This document shows positions 52,475 to 60,863 of a stretch of DNA of 64,000 nucleotides, piece by piece. The notes under the pieces are model-generated. The model was given only the letters and a program-made list of their open reading frames with translations, did not search any database and was not told the origin of the DNA. Every line of letters starts with the position of its first letter. The first letter of the stretch is position 1. The translations under genes and the position numbers were made by a program. Origin of the DNA: Bryobacteraceae bacterium (GTDB taxonomy: Bacteria > Acidobacteriota > Terriglobia > Bryobacterales > Bryobacteraceae); assembly GCA_050011295.1 (NCBI GenBank), contig JBEKJJ010000003.1, forward strand, positions 14,406 to 78,405, in the 5' to 3' direction.

Positions 52475-55400
52475 ATGTCTAGAAGGCTAGCCTTGTTCCT
52501 TGCAGCCTGCACTGGGTTGTTCGTTTCCAATCTCCAGGCCGATGATATCGCGGCATTGCCTGGATTCAATTCGCTGGGGTCGAATGTCGCGGTGTTTGGT
52601 GTAAATCCACTGACATCGTTCGGTAATTTCACCGCCGGAGACAGCACGTTTCTGATTCTGCCCAAGCCCGATGGGTCGAAGTATTACGTCATCGCGAAAT
52701 CCACTAACAGTTCAGTTACGACAGTTGACACCAATTTCCAAAATCCCACATCGATCGCCAGCTTCGTAACAACTCCCACTACAGGAGCGATTACATCCGA
52801 CGGCTCAGAAGTGGTAGTGGCAGCCGGCACTCTTCATATTTTTGAAACCACCAAGGATCAGGAATTAGTGCCGGGGGGTGTGAACACCGGAGTCACTATT
52901 TTTGACGTGGCCCTGAGTCTGGATGGGAAGACAGCGTATGCCTTGGGCACCAGCTCAACAGGCGGAAGCCAGGTGAACGATATCAACCTGACCACCAATA
53001 CCAAGGGTACACACCAGTACGGATTTCTGGGCAACGCAACGGGAATTGCGGTCGGCCCGAATGGACGTGTATATGTCAGCAATCAAAATCAGATACTGGA
53101 GCTGGATCCCACCACGCTGCAGCCCACTACTGGTGGAGTAATCGGAGTAAACGCTCGTCCTGGAAAAGTGGTTTTCACACCGGACGGCAAATATGCGCTG
53201 GCAGTGAATCAGACCCCGGTTACCGGCCAAGCCATCCTCCTGATCGATCTCACTGCGAAAGTTGTCGTAAATTTTGTCCCCAACCTGAGTGTTGTGTTTG
53301 ACACGCTGCTGGTGGGCGGCCAGACTGGCAGCACCTCAACAGTATTCGCATACTCGAGCGAAACGGAAGGTCTGTATCAGGTGAGTGTCGGCACGGGCGG
53401 CTCCATCAGCATCGCGGGTGCATCCATTGCCGGTGCTCCCACCACCTTTGTGCAGGGCATAGCGGTCTCCAATGAAGTCCCCTTCACCGGCCGGACCACG
53501 CCGCAATACCTTTTTGTGGCGGCAGCCAACGTCCTATACAGAGTTAATCTCACCGTGGATCAACTCACCGCACAATTAACGCTTCCGAATCAGTCGTTCG
53601 GCGCCCTGGAATACCTGGCTCCGGAAACCACTGGGAGTCCTGCTGCATTGCTGGCATACGGGGACAAGCAAACCCTCGCACCCAATGCAACGAGTGAGCC
53701 GCTGGTGGTTCTGGCAGTGGATGTCAACGGCAAGCCATTGAGTGGGGTGACCGTCACCTTCTCGACGAACCTCGGCAGCGTTTTACCCACGTCAGTCACC
53801 ACCGAATCGAATGGATACGCGTCCACCATCTTGACAGCGCCGCCGTCGAACGGAACCGTCACCGTTATTGCCACCGCTGGCAAGCTCCAAAACGCATTCA
53901 CCGTCACAGTGGGGTCCGCCACAACACCGAACGCGGGCGCTCTCGCCATCCTCGCCGGACAAGGTCAACTCGTGACCGAGAATATCAATACATCCCTGGC
54001 GGGCTTTGGTTCTCCGTTGGAAGTGCTGGTTACGGACCTGAACGGAAAGCCGGTGAGCGACGCCGCAGTTGCATTCACTATCGTAACCGGCCCAGGGACT
54101 TTGTTTGGGGGCACTCAGACCTCCACCGGGGCAACGGCCAACTCCAACGCCCAAGGCGTGGCATCCGTGGGCTTCCTCAGCAGCTCGGTGCCTCTTGGTC
54201 TTGGCTCAGTCGGCACCCAGATCTCCGCGAAGGCCGCCGGCACGAATTCCGTCACGTTCTACGAGACAACTTACCCCTTTAACTCGGGTTTGGTGCCATA
54301 CCCAACGATCCAGCTTCTTACACCGGAAGAGGGACAAACCTTGACCGGACAGGCGGGAACTATCATCCCCGGCGCTTTTACGGCTGAGATCGTTGATGGC
54401 AAGGGGTTTCCCATCCCGAACGTGAGCGTTTTCGCCTGTGTGCCTCAGGCCCCGACGGGGCCCGACCAGCCCAGTGTGTGCTCCATACCTCCAGTTAACT
54501 CCGTACCCTTCGGTACTTGCAACGATCCGTCAGGAAACGGCGTGCTCTCCGCTGCGAACGGCAAGATATCCTGCGATCTCCAACTGGACGGCGTGGTTGG
54601 AACGGCCCTGATCGGTGCTCAATACGGGTACGCCTTCGATACCGCCGCGTTCACACTAAAAATTACCCCCGGCCCTCCCGGAACAATAACGCTGGTGCAG
54701 GGGAATAACCAGACCGGCAAACCTGGGGCGCAGCTGCCAAATGCCCTCGTCGTGCAAATCACCGACTCATTCGGGAACCTCTTGACGGACTACTCGCCCA
54801 TTACTTGGACCGTGCTCTCCAGCGGAGTGCCGGCTACGCTACAGAACGCAAGCACCGGCACTAATCAAGCTGGCACCGCCTCCACCCAGGTCACTCTCGG
54901 CAGCACGGTGGGAACCGTGATCGTACAAGTGACCGCGGGCAACACATCGGCCTCGTTCTCGCTCACGGTTGCCAGCACAGCGGCGGCTATCCAGCAGGTT
55001 TCCGGTAACAATCAGACGGCCCTGGTGAACGCAGCCTTCGCTGCGCCCTTACTTGTTAAGGTGGTGGACAACCAAGGAAACGGTGTTCCCGGCGCTCCCG
55101 TGACGTTTGCGGTGTCGAGCGGCAGCGCTATTGTTGCGACGCCCAGCACCACTACTGATCCCACCGGTGTGGCCTCTACTACGGTCACCGCCGGCGCAAC
55201 GGCCGGGAATATCTCCATTGTGGCCACCTCTGCCACTTTCACTACAACATTCACTCTGATTGCGGGACTTCCAGGACCACAGAATATCGTGTTTCTGAAC
55301 GGCACTTTCTTCCAGCTCCAAAATGGCTGCCAGCCGCCGGGTTGCGTGGCGCCGGGAGAGATCGTCACCATCGAGGGCGCGGGATTTGCACAGGGCGTTC

Positions 55401-56026
55401 AGGGCGTGGTTAGCGGCCTCAGCATCCTTGGCCCGCTTCCTGTCACTCTGGCCGGCGTCAGCATCACATTTAACGGCGTGCCGGCGCCCATCTTCTATGT
55501 CGCCAATCAAAATGGCGTCCAGTCGATGACTATTCAGGTACCTTTTGAAACACAACCCGGTAGCACGTCGGTTATGCTCACCCCTGCAGGTGGCGGCCCG
55601 GCGGCCCCGTTGACCGTTACCACCCAGCCCTATGCGCCAGGTGTCTTCACCAACGTTTACGGTAACCAGACCATCGCAGTCGCAGTGCGGAGCGACGGCA
55701 GTTACGTGAGTCCCACTAATCCCGCACATCGCGGCGAGACCATTTATGTATTTGCAACCGGCCTTGGCCAGGTCACACCGGCAGCGGCGACCAACGAACC
55801 CGGCGCTGGCCAACTTGTAACAGCGACCATTGTGACCGGCCTGAACAACAAGGGCGTGGGGCATACAACAGTTGATTATGCGCCAGGACTAGTTGGGGTC
55901 TATATTATTGGCGTTGAGGTGCCCGCAACAACCACGCCAGGTCCCGGACAGCCGTTCGGCCTGATACTAGTGGATGCGTCGGGAAACAAGTACTTCGCCA
56001 ATTCCACGGTCATTCCGATCGAATAA
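52475..56026 (+). CDS. Giant secreted protein: beta-propeller-like N-region, multiple bacterial Ig-like (Big_1/invasin-type) domains, Solibacter-type C-terminal domain
   Basis: ATG 52475 gives the signal MSRRLALFLAACTGLFVSNLQA. YVTN-like repeats (GIAVGPNGRVYVSNQNQ, FTPDGKYALAVNQ). At least five Ig-like repeats (VLAVDVNGKPLSGVTVTFS..., VLVTDLNGKPVSDAAVAF..., VVQITDSFGNLL..., VKVVDNQGNGVPGAPVTFAV...). The C-terminal VAPGEIVTIEGAGFA...LAGVSITFNGVPAPIFYV...APGVFT...YAPGLVGVYIIGVEVP resembles TIGR03437. Confidence 0.85.
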   Translation: MSRRLALFLAACTGLFVSNLQADDIAALPGFNSLGSNVAVFGVNPLTSFGNFTAGDSTFLILPKPDGSKYYVIAKSTNSSVTTVDTNFQNPTSIASFVTTPTTGAITSDGSEVVVAAGTLHIFETTKDQELVPGGVNTGVTIFDVALSLDGKTAYALGTSSTGGSQVNDINLTTNTKGTHQYGFLGNATGIAVGPNGRVYVSNQNQILELDPTTLQPTTGGVIGVNARPGKVVFTPDGKYALAVNQTPVTGQAILLIDLTAKVVVNFVPNLSVVFDTLLVGGQTGSTSTVFAYSSETEGLYQVSVGTGGSISIAGASIAGAPTTFVQGIAVSNEVPFTGRTTPQYLFVAAANVLYRVNLTVDQLTAQLTLPNQSFGALEYLAPETTGSPAALLAYGDKQTLAPNATSEPLVVLAVDVNGKPLSGVTVTFSTNLGSVLPTSVTTESNGYASTILTAPPSNGTVTVIATAGKLQNAFTVTVGSATTPNAGALAILAGQGQLVTENINTSLAGFGSPLEVLVTDLNGKPVSDAAVAFTIVTGPGTLFGGTQTSTGATANSNAQGVASVGFLSSSVPLGLGSVGTQISAKAAGTNSVTFYETTYPFNSGLVPYPTIQLLTPEEGQTLTGQAGTIIPGAFTAEIVDGKGFPIPNVSVFACVPQAPTGPDQPSVCSIPPVNSVPFGTCNDPSGNGVLSAANGKISCDLQLDGVVGTALIGAQYGYAFDTAAFTLKITPGPPGTITLVQGNNQTGKPGAQLPNALVVQITDSFGNLLTDYSPITWTVLSSGVPATLQNASTGTNQAGTASTQVTLGSTVGTVIVQVTAGNTSASFSLTVASTAAAIQQVSGNNQTALVNAAFAAPLLVKVVDNQGNGVPGAPVTFAVSSGSAIVATPSTTTDPTGVASTTVTAGATAGNISIVATSATFTTTFTLIAGLPGPQNIVFLNGTFFQLQNGCQPPGCVAPGEIVTIEGAGFAQGVQGVVSGLSILGPLPVTLAGVSITFNGVPAPIFYVANQNGVQSMTIQVPFETQPGSTSVMLTPAGGGPAAPLTVTTQPYAPGVFTNVYGNQTIAVAVRSDGSYVSPTNPAHRGETIYVFATGLGQVTPAAATNEPGAGQLVTATIVTGLNNKGVGHTTVDYAPGLVGVYIIGVEVPATTTPGPGQPFGLILVDASGNKYFANSTVIPIE

Positions 56027-56031
56027 AGGGT

Positions 56032-56052
56032 GGGCAAGTCTCTGACTTGCCC
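56032..56052. terminator. Hairpin between convergent genes (possible bidirectional terminator)
   Basis: GGGCAAGTC-TCT-GACTTGCCC, a 9-bp stem. It lies between the stop at 56026 (+) and the stop at 56061 (-). No clear U-tract. Confidence 0.5.
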
Positions 56053-56060
56053 TATTCCGC

Positions 56061-56849
56061 TTACGCAACTTGAATGGACCCGCTGGGCGGCTGAGTGGGA
56101 TCATATTGGATAATTCCGCCACCCGTTATGCCCGGAGCTGCGCTCACCGGCTGCTGCAACGCTGAAGGAACCCACGTATAGCCGTACGATTCTCTGGCCG
56201 CAGTTACCTTAGCCGGGTCCCATCCCCACACCATAATGGGGACATCGATTGAGTAACCCTCGTTCGCCAGCTGTGTCGCGAGTTGTTGTCGTTGGTCCAT
56301 ATCCTGGATTCCACGAAGTTGCTGAACGGCTGCCGGCTGGTTAGACCAGTAGATATCGTCAGCAGTTTCGGTGCTGGAAGCCGCCGCAGGCGCGGAGGCA
56401 GGGATATTTGGCGCGGCTGGGGGAGCGACAACCGCAGGGGTGGGGGCTACCACGGCCGGTATTACGGTTGCCAGATTCCCAGTAGCGGCGGGCGCTTGAC
56501 TAACACTCGCATTTTGCCCCCCGGTCGCATTTTGCCCCCCGGTCGCATTTTGCCCCCCGGCGGGAGTCTGAGTCGCGGCAGGAGTTTGACTCGTGGCAGG
56601 AGTTTGGCTCGGCGTGTCCTCAATAGTGAGATTAATGCTGTTTGGATTGATTCCGAGCTTCGATAGCGTTTCCGACAGCGCCTCCGAGAGGAGCGCCGTA
56701 AACGATTGAGCCGAAGCCGATGAAAGTTGAGTCGTCTGGGTTGAGCTGGCGGCAGCTCCACTGGTGGTCCCGGTGCTGCCCAAAGTCACATCGATGTTAA
56801 TCATTCCGTGTAAAGCCTCTACACCTTGGCTAGGCACGGGAAATGCCAA
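56061..56849 (-). CDS. Hypothetical S/T/A/P-rich protein with tandem GGQNAT repeats
   Basis: 262-aa ORF with TTG start 56849 or ATG 56804. No signal peptide seen. Internal repeats SQTPAT/SQTPAA/TQTPA and GGQNAT x3. Conserved-looking C-terminal part (YWSNQPAAVQQLRGIQD...YSIDVPIMVWGWDP). Confidence 0.55.
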   Translation of the reverse strand: MAFPVPSQGVEALHGMINIDVTLGSTGTTSGAAASSTQTTQLSSASAQSFTALLSEALSETLSKLGINPNSINLTIEDTPSQTPATSQTPAATQTPAGGQNATGGQNATGGQNASVSQAPAATGNLATVIPAVVAPTPAVVAPPAAPNIPASAPAAASSTETADDIYWSNQPAAVQQLRGIQDMDQRQQLATQLANEGYSIDVPIMVWGWDPAKVTAARESYGYTWVPSALQQPVSAAPGITGGGIIQYDPTQPPSGSIQVA

Positions 56850-56857
56850 TCGGGCAG

Positions 56858-57763
56858 TTACTGCTTCGGTGCCGACGGCCTCAGTTCTTTGGGCAATTGC
56901 TTTTCAACCTCAGGCGGAATCCCAAAGGTTATTCTCACCGCAAAAACCTGCGCGGTGGGTTCGACGCGGATGTAAGCTGTGAGCCTTGGTTTGGGCAGTT
57001 TGTAGCATTCGCCACATTGCTTCTTAGCTTCTTCAGCATCGTAATCGAAGGCGATGGTGGAAGTTTCCGTCGGGCCAATGTCGGGATTGCCCTGTTTGAC
57101 ATGGAATCCAGGAAGAAGGGCGCAGTTGATTCGAATTGAAACCGTCCCGGGCATGGTGTTTATAATGTGCACTTCATCCCGGGAGGTCTCGTAACCCAGC
57201 AGGTGGATTTCCTTTTTGTCGATCTTGATCTGACCTAGAATAGCGTTGGCCACGGATGCGGGATCCTTCACTACGGCCTCGATCTTGGTGTCCACCGTTG
57301 ATGATCCAGGAACTTTCGGCGCGTCCGGACTCGCCGTGGAGAGTCCCCACGGGGTCATCATCTCGGTAGGTTTTAAATAATACCAAAACCATTGCCCGTC
57401 CACCAGCTTCCACATGCTCGTCAAAGGAATGGTAGCGGCGAGATGGCTATTGTGCCAGGTGTACTCGCCGTGGCAGTTCTCCCGCACGGTGGCCTTGGCG
57501 AAGTTATCCGTATAAGAGATTTTTATGGTGTCGCAACGGTCGTAGGGTTCCTTGGAAGCCGCCAGATACTCGTTTTGCATGTCATCGGCAACCACCTGAA
57601 AAGCATCACGCCATTTTCCGCTGACGTTCGCCGAGTAGAATTGGGTCACCCGGGCGCGCAGAGCCTTATCCACTTCAGGGGGCGCATTTTCGGAGGGGAC
57701 AGCGTCTTGGCTGAAGGCAGCCAGACACCACAGCGGAAGCAGGCAAAGCTTTAAAGACTTCAT
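56858..57763 (-). CDS. Hypothetical secreted protein
   Basis: Signal MKSLKLCLLPLWCLAAFSQD. 301 aa, no recognised domain. ATG lies 8 nt downstream of the tRNA-Gln 3' end. Confidence 0.7.
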   Translation of the reverse strand: MKSLKLCLLPLWCLAAFSQDAVPSENAPPEVDKALRARVTQFYSANVSGKWRDAFQVVADDMQNEYLAASKEPYDRCDTIKISYTDNFAKATVRENCHGEYTWHNSHLAATIPLTSMWKLVDGQWFWYYLKPTEMMTPWGLSTASPDAPKVPGSSTVDTKIEAVVKDPASVANAILGQIKIDKKEIHLLGYETSRDEVHIINTMPGTVSIRINCALLPGFHVKQGNPDIGPTETSTIAFDYDAEEAKKQCGECYKLPKPRLTAYIRVEPTAQVFAVRITFGIPPEVEKQLPKELRPSAPKQ

Positions 57764-57771
57764 AGCGTGAT

Positions 57772-57845
57772 TGGCTGGGAGGCAGGGACTCGAACCCCGA
57801 TACGCAGATCCAGAGTCTGCAGTCTTACCATTAGACGACCTCCCA
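57772..57845 (-). tRNA. tRNA-Gln (anticodon CTG)
   Basis: The 74-nt minus-strand sequence is TGGGAGG TC GTCT AATGGTA AGAC T GCAGA CTCTGGA TCTGC GTAT CGGGG TTCGAGT CCCTG CCTCCCA G CCA. It folds as a cloverleaf with anticodon loop C-T-CTG-G-A and an encoded CCA. Confidence 0.9.
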
Positions 57846-57855
57846 AGACTAGCCT

Positions 57856-58482
57856 CTATTTTAGCATCGCTTGACTCGAAATCTTTGCGGTTTTAACAGC
57901 CGGCCGCACCGCGATCCTGTAGCCCAGCAGAAGGGCTAGAATCCCTCCGTAGAGTAGCGGCAGCCGCACATCCGATTTAACCAGCCAGTAATAATGAATC
58001 ACTCCGGCCAGCGCGCTGAAATAGACCAGCCGGTGCAGCCGCTGCCAGCCCACGAAGCCCAGGCGCCGGACCCATCCCGCGGTGGAGGTGATGGCGAGTG
58101 GAATCAGCAAAACGAACCCAGTCATGCCCACCGTGATGAAGCGGCGCTTCACGACATCTTTCCACATTTCGTGGACGTCGAAAAACTTATCCAGCCACAC
58201 CCATGTTGTCAGGTGGAGGCAGCCGTAGAAAAATGCAAAAAGGCCCAGCATCCGCCGGAAGCGCGCCAGTTTGGGCTGATTTAGAAGCTTTCGAAAGGGT
58301 GTGACGCACAGGGTAATCAGCAGGAAACGGAGGGTCCAGTCACCGGTTTTGTGGGTGATGTACTCGATGGGGTTGGCGCCCAGCTTGTCATGAAAGTAAC
58401 CCCACAGCAGAAAGACCAAAGGTGCGAGACACAGCAGGAATAGGCTCGCTTTGGTCCAGCGGCTGGAGAGGAGCCTGTTCAT
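57856..58482 (-). CDS. msrQ: Protein-methionine-sulfoxide reductase heme-binding subunit MsrQ (YedZ)
   Basis: 208 aa, six TM helices, conserved His residues (FFYGCLHLTTW, AGVIHYYW). Directly downstream of msrP. Confidence 0.88.
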   Translation of the reverse strand: MNRLLSSRWTKASLFLLCLAPLVFLLWGYFHDKLGANPIEYITHKTGDWTLRFLLITLCVTPFRKLLNQPKLARFRRMLGLFAFFYGCLHLTTWVWLDKFFDVHEMWKDVVKRRFITVGMTGFVLLIPLAITSTAGWVRRLGFVGWQRLHRLVYFSALAGVIHYYWLVKSDVRLPLLYGGILALLLGYRIAVRPAVKTAKISSQAMLK

Positions 58483-58487
58483 GCCCC

Positions 58488-59420
58488 TTAGTAATACTTG
58501 CGAACCAGATCCATCCCTGTGTACAAGCTGGCCACCTGATCGCCGTAGCCGTTGAACTTGATGGTATCGCGCATGCGGAATTCGCCGAGCCGGCGCTCCT
58601 TTGCCTGGCTCCAGCGCGGATGATCCCGCTCCGGATTGACGTTGGAATAGAAGCCGTACTCATTCGGGCCAGCCAGGTTCCAGGTGGTGGATGGCTCCTT
58701 TTCGACTAGCTTTATTTTGACAATCGACTTTATGCTCTTGAAGCCGTACTTCCACGGCACCACTAATCGGAAAGGCGCGCCGTCCTGGTTGGGAAGGCTC
58801 TCGCCGTACAGGCCGACGGCGAGCAATGTGAGAGGATGCATGGCTTCATCCATCCGCAGGCCTTCGATATAGGGAAACTGGATGCCGGCGTACTGGGAAT
58901 TCAACATGGTCTTGGAATCATAGACGCTTTCGAAAGCTACGAACTTGGCTTTCGATGTTGGTTCCACGCGTTTCAGCAGGGCGCTTAAGGGGAAACCAAT
59001 CCATGGAATGACCATGGACCAGCGCTCCACACAGCGATGCCGGTAGATGCGTTCTTCGAGCGGAGCGAGTTTGAAAATGGCGTCCAGATCGAGCACAGTT
59101 GACTTCGAAACCGCACCCTCCACTTTCACCGACCACGGTGAGGTGCGAAGTTTGTAAGCGTTCTTGGATGGGTCTTCTTTATCGGTGCCGAACTCGTAAA
59201 AGTTGTTGTAATGCGTGATGGCTTCGAGCGGTGTTGGCGGCTCGCTGGTGCTGAAGGGGCTCTTGGCTGCTGTGAGTTTGGAGCCTGTTGTCGCAGCGGG
59301 CAACCCTCGGAGCGCTCCGAGAGCGACGGATCCGGCGGCGAGAAAACGCCGGCGATTTATATAAGTTGTCCGTGGAGTGACTTGAGAATAACGAAGATCC
59401 GGGGATTTGCGAATGACCAT
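58488..59420 (-). CDS. msrP: Protein-methionine-sulfoxide reductase catalytic subunit MsrP (YedY, molybdopterin)
   Basis: ATG 59420 gives MVIRKSP...[17 protein letters not shown] (Tat signal). [24 protein letters not shown] and [19 protein letters not shown] are YedY signatures. Confidence 0.9.
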   Translation of the reverse strand: MVIRKSPDLRYSQVTPRTTYINRRRFLAAGSVALGALRGLPAATTGSKLTAAKSPFSTSEPPTPLEAITHYNNFYEFGTDKEDPSKNAYKLRTSPWSVKVEGAVSKSTVLDLDAIFKLAPLEERIYRHRCVERWSMVIPWIGFPLSALLKRVEPTSKAKFVAFESVYDSKTMLNSQYAGIQFPYIEGLRMDEAMHPLTLLAVGLYGESLPNQDGAPFRLVVPWKYGFKSIKSIVKIKLVEKEPSTTWNLAGPNEYGFYSNVNPERDHPRWSQAKERRLGEFRMRDTIKFNGYGDQVASLYTGMDLVRKYY

Positions 59421-59506
59421 ACGTTTACCTTTATGGTAACCCGTCCAAACAGCTACGGTTCTGGGACAACTCAATCTTCTTAGTCTTCGGATATTTAGCA
59501 GTGGCA

Positions 59507-59559
59507 CTTACGGTCGCGGCTCGGCAACTGGAACGCCGATTCTGAGCCGCGACCGTAAG
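59507..59559. repeat. REP-like palindrome (16-bp stem, 21-nt loop)
   Basis: CTTACGGTCGCGGCTC (59507-59522) pairs perfectly with GAGCCGCGACCGTAAG (59544-59559). Intergenic, upstream of msrP. Confidence 0.75.
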
Positions 59560-59604
59560 GGAGTCGGTGCTTTTCTACAGTTCCAATAAAAGGAGTAAAC
59601 CAAA

Positions 59605-59784
59605 ATGGATCCTACGGCGAACGATTGGGCGTCTTCCGATCCCACTCAGAACATCACCTTGGCCGATGCGGATCAATTCAAGAACCAGCTCGCGGGGGCA
59701 CTCGTAGTGCAATTCGCCGACCGGTTCGTGAAAACCGCAGTGAAACCGAGCTACGGCGCAATCCCCTCCCAGCCGCGCCGGTGA
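59605..59784 (+). CDS. Small hypothetical ORF (59 aa), possibly the first piece of a disrupted gene
   Basis: AAGGAG lies 8 nt before ATG 59605. Translation MDPTANDWASSDPTQNITLADADQFKNQLAGALVVQFADRFVKTAVKPSYGAIPSQPRR. A second protein-like ORF in the same frame (59836-59997) follows after three stops. Confidence 0.3.
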   Translation: MDPTANDWASSDPTQNITLADADQFKNQLAGALVVQFADRFVKTAVKPSYGAIPSQPRR

Positions 59785-60015
59785 ATCTGTGGGGCACGCT
59801 AGTGGGTGTCGGCGCAGCGCAGGTAAACGGCGCAGATGCGAGCGGCGGTCCGCGGCGCCACGCAAGGCAACAACCCGTCCGGCGATCTACAGACCATCTT
59901 GCAGCAAGCCTTTCCGAAGTCCGATGTCAAGGAGATGATATTACGCGTCCCGTCGGTGATGGTGGCCATCGCGACGGCGATCACTCAGATCTCCTAGGAT
60001 AAGCCTCCGGCCTTG

Positions 60016-60504
60016 TCAGCGGGGCAAGCCGGAGGCTTGCCCTACGAGATACGCCTTCCAACGCGGTAGTTGTCCGTCGGTGTCGAATGCTGCCCACTGC
60101 TCGCGAAATTCCTTAAGTTGTTTTTGGGTGGCGCGATCGATTTTCGCTTCGAGAGCCTTGTCCCCTCTGAGCAACGTCCGGATGCTGTGATAGTCGCTCA
60201 GTTTGCCAAGCGCGGCTTGCAATCCGCTTAAGGCGCTAAGCTTCCGATCGAGGCTTGCGCCATACAGGGGCCGGAACAACTCCAAGGAATATCGAAACTG
60301 CTTGGTGGCCAGTCGAAATCCGTGCAACTTCTTCGGGGATGTTTCTCCCTTCGCGGCTTTGCGTCCGGCCTTGAAATACTTCTCCAGCAGCTTAGGCAAT
60401 AACGCCTTGGCATTCTCGGACGCGCTTCGTGTAGGTTTCAATTTCATGTATTTCAAAGAGACAGGCCATTGCGCCACTTCGAGGAAAAATCCCTCGTATT
60501 CCAA
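60016..60504 (-). CDS. CHAD-domain protein, C-terminal part (frameshifted relative to 60453-60863)
   Basis: LHGFRLATKQFRYSLELFRPLYG is the second CHAD H-x-x-R...K-x-x-RY...E-x-F motif. The reading frame is -1 relative to the upstream piece. Confidence 0.6.
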   Translation of the reverse strand: MEYEGFFLEVAQWPVSLKYMKLKPTRSASENAKALLPKLLEKYFKAGRKAAKGETSPKKLHGFRLATKQFRYSLELFRPLYGASLDRKLSALSGLQAALGKLSDYHSIRTLLRGDKALEAKIDRATQKQLKEFREQWAAFDTDGQLPRWKAYLVGQASGLPR

Positions 60505-60863
60505 CGGCGGACCATTTGAGCAAACTCCTTCTGCAATGCCAGCCGTTTCTTCACCAGGCCCGCGCGGTGCCGGGTTTGTTTCAAGCCAGCCAGGAAGTCG
60601 AGAGCAATGTCGCGGTCGCGTATTTGGGAAGTCAATTTCAGCATGCGCTTCAATCGGCGCTTGATCTTCTTAACTTCCCGGAGTGGAAACAAATCTTCGA
60701 ACAGTTCCAGGCACTGCGAGAAACGGCGGATGCTCACGCGTACGTCGTGGATCTCATCCGGCACTGGAACTTTCGCCGCCCGATGAATTTGGAACACCAG
60801 CCGGGTGAGCAGATGATGCATCTGGTCCAGAGCGTAATCGCACAGGCTGGTTGTCGCGGTCAT
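60453..60863 (-). CDS. CHAD-domain protein, N-terminal part
   Basis: IHDVRVSIRRFSQCLELFEDLF is the first CHAD motif. ATGA overlap with the ppx stop. Ends at a TGA 30 nt after an A5/T5 run. Confidence 0.6.
   Translation of the reverse strand: MTATTSLCDYALDQMHHLLTRLVFQIHRAAKVPVPDEIHDVRVSIRRFSQCLELFEDLFPLREVKKIKRRLKRMLKLTSQIRDRDIALDFLAGLKQTRHRAGLVKKRLALQKEFAQMVRRWNTRDFSSKWRNGLSL

Noticed and set aside
60481-60492. Programmed -1 ribosomal frameshift at the T5 run joining the two CHAD ORFs
   Set aside because: The sequence G-GAU-UUU-UCC is not a canonical X-XXY-YYZ slippery heptamer and no downstream stimulatory structure was evident. A mutation or sequencing error is more parsimonious.
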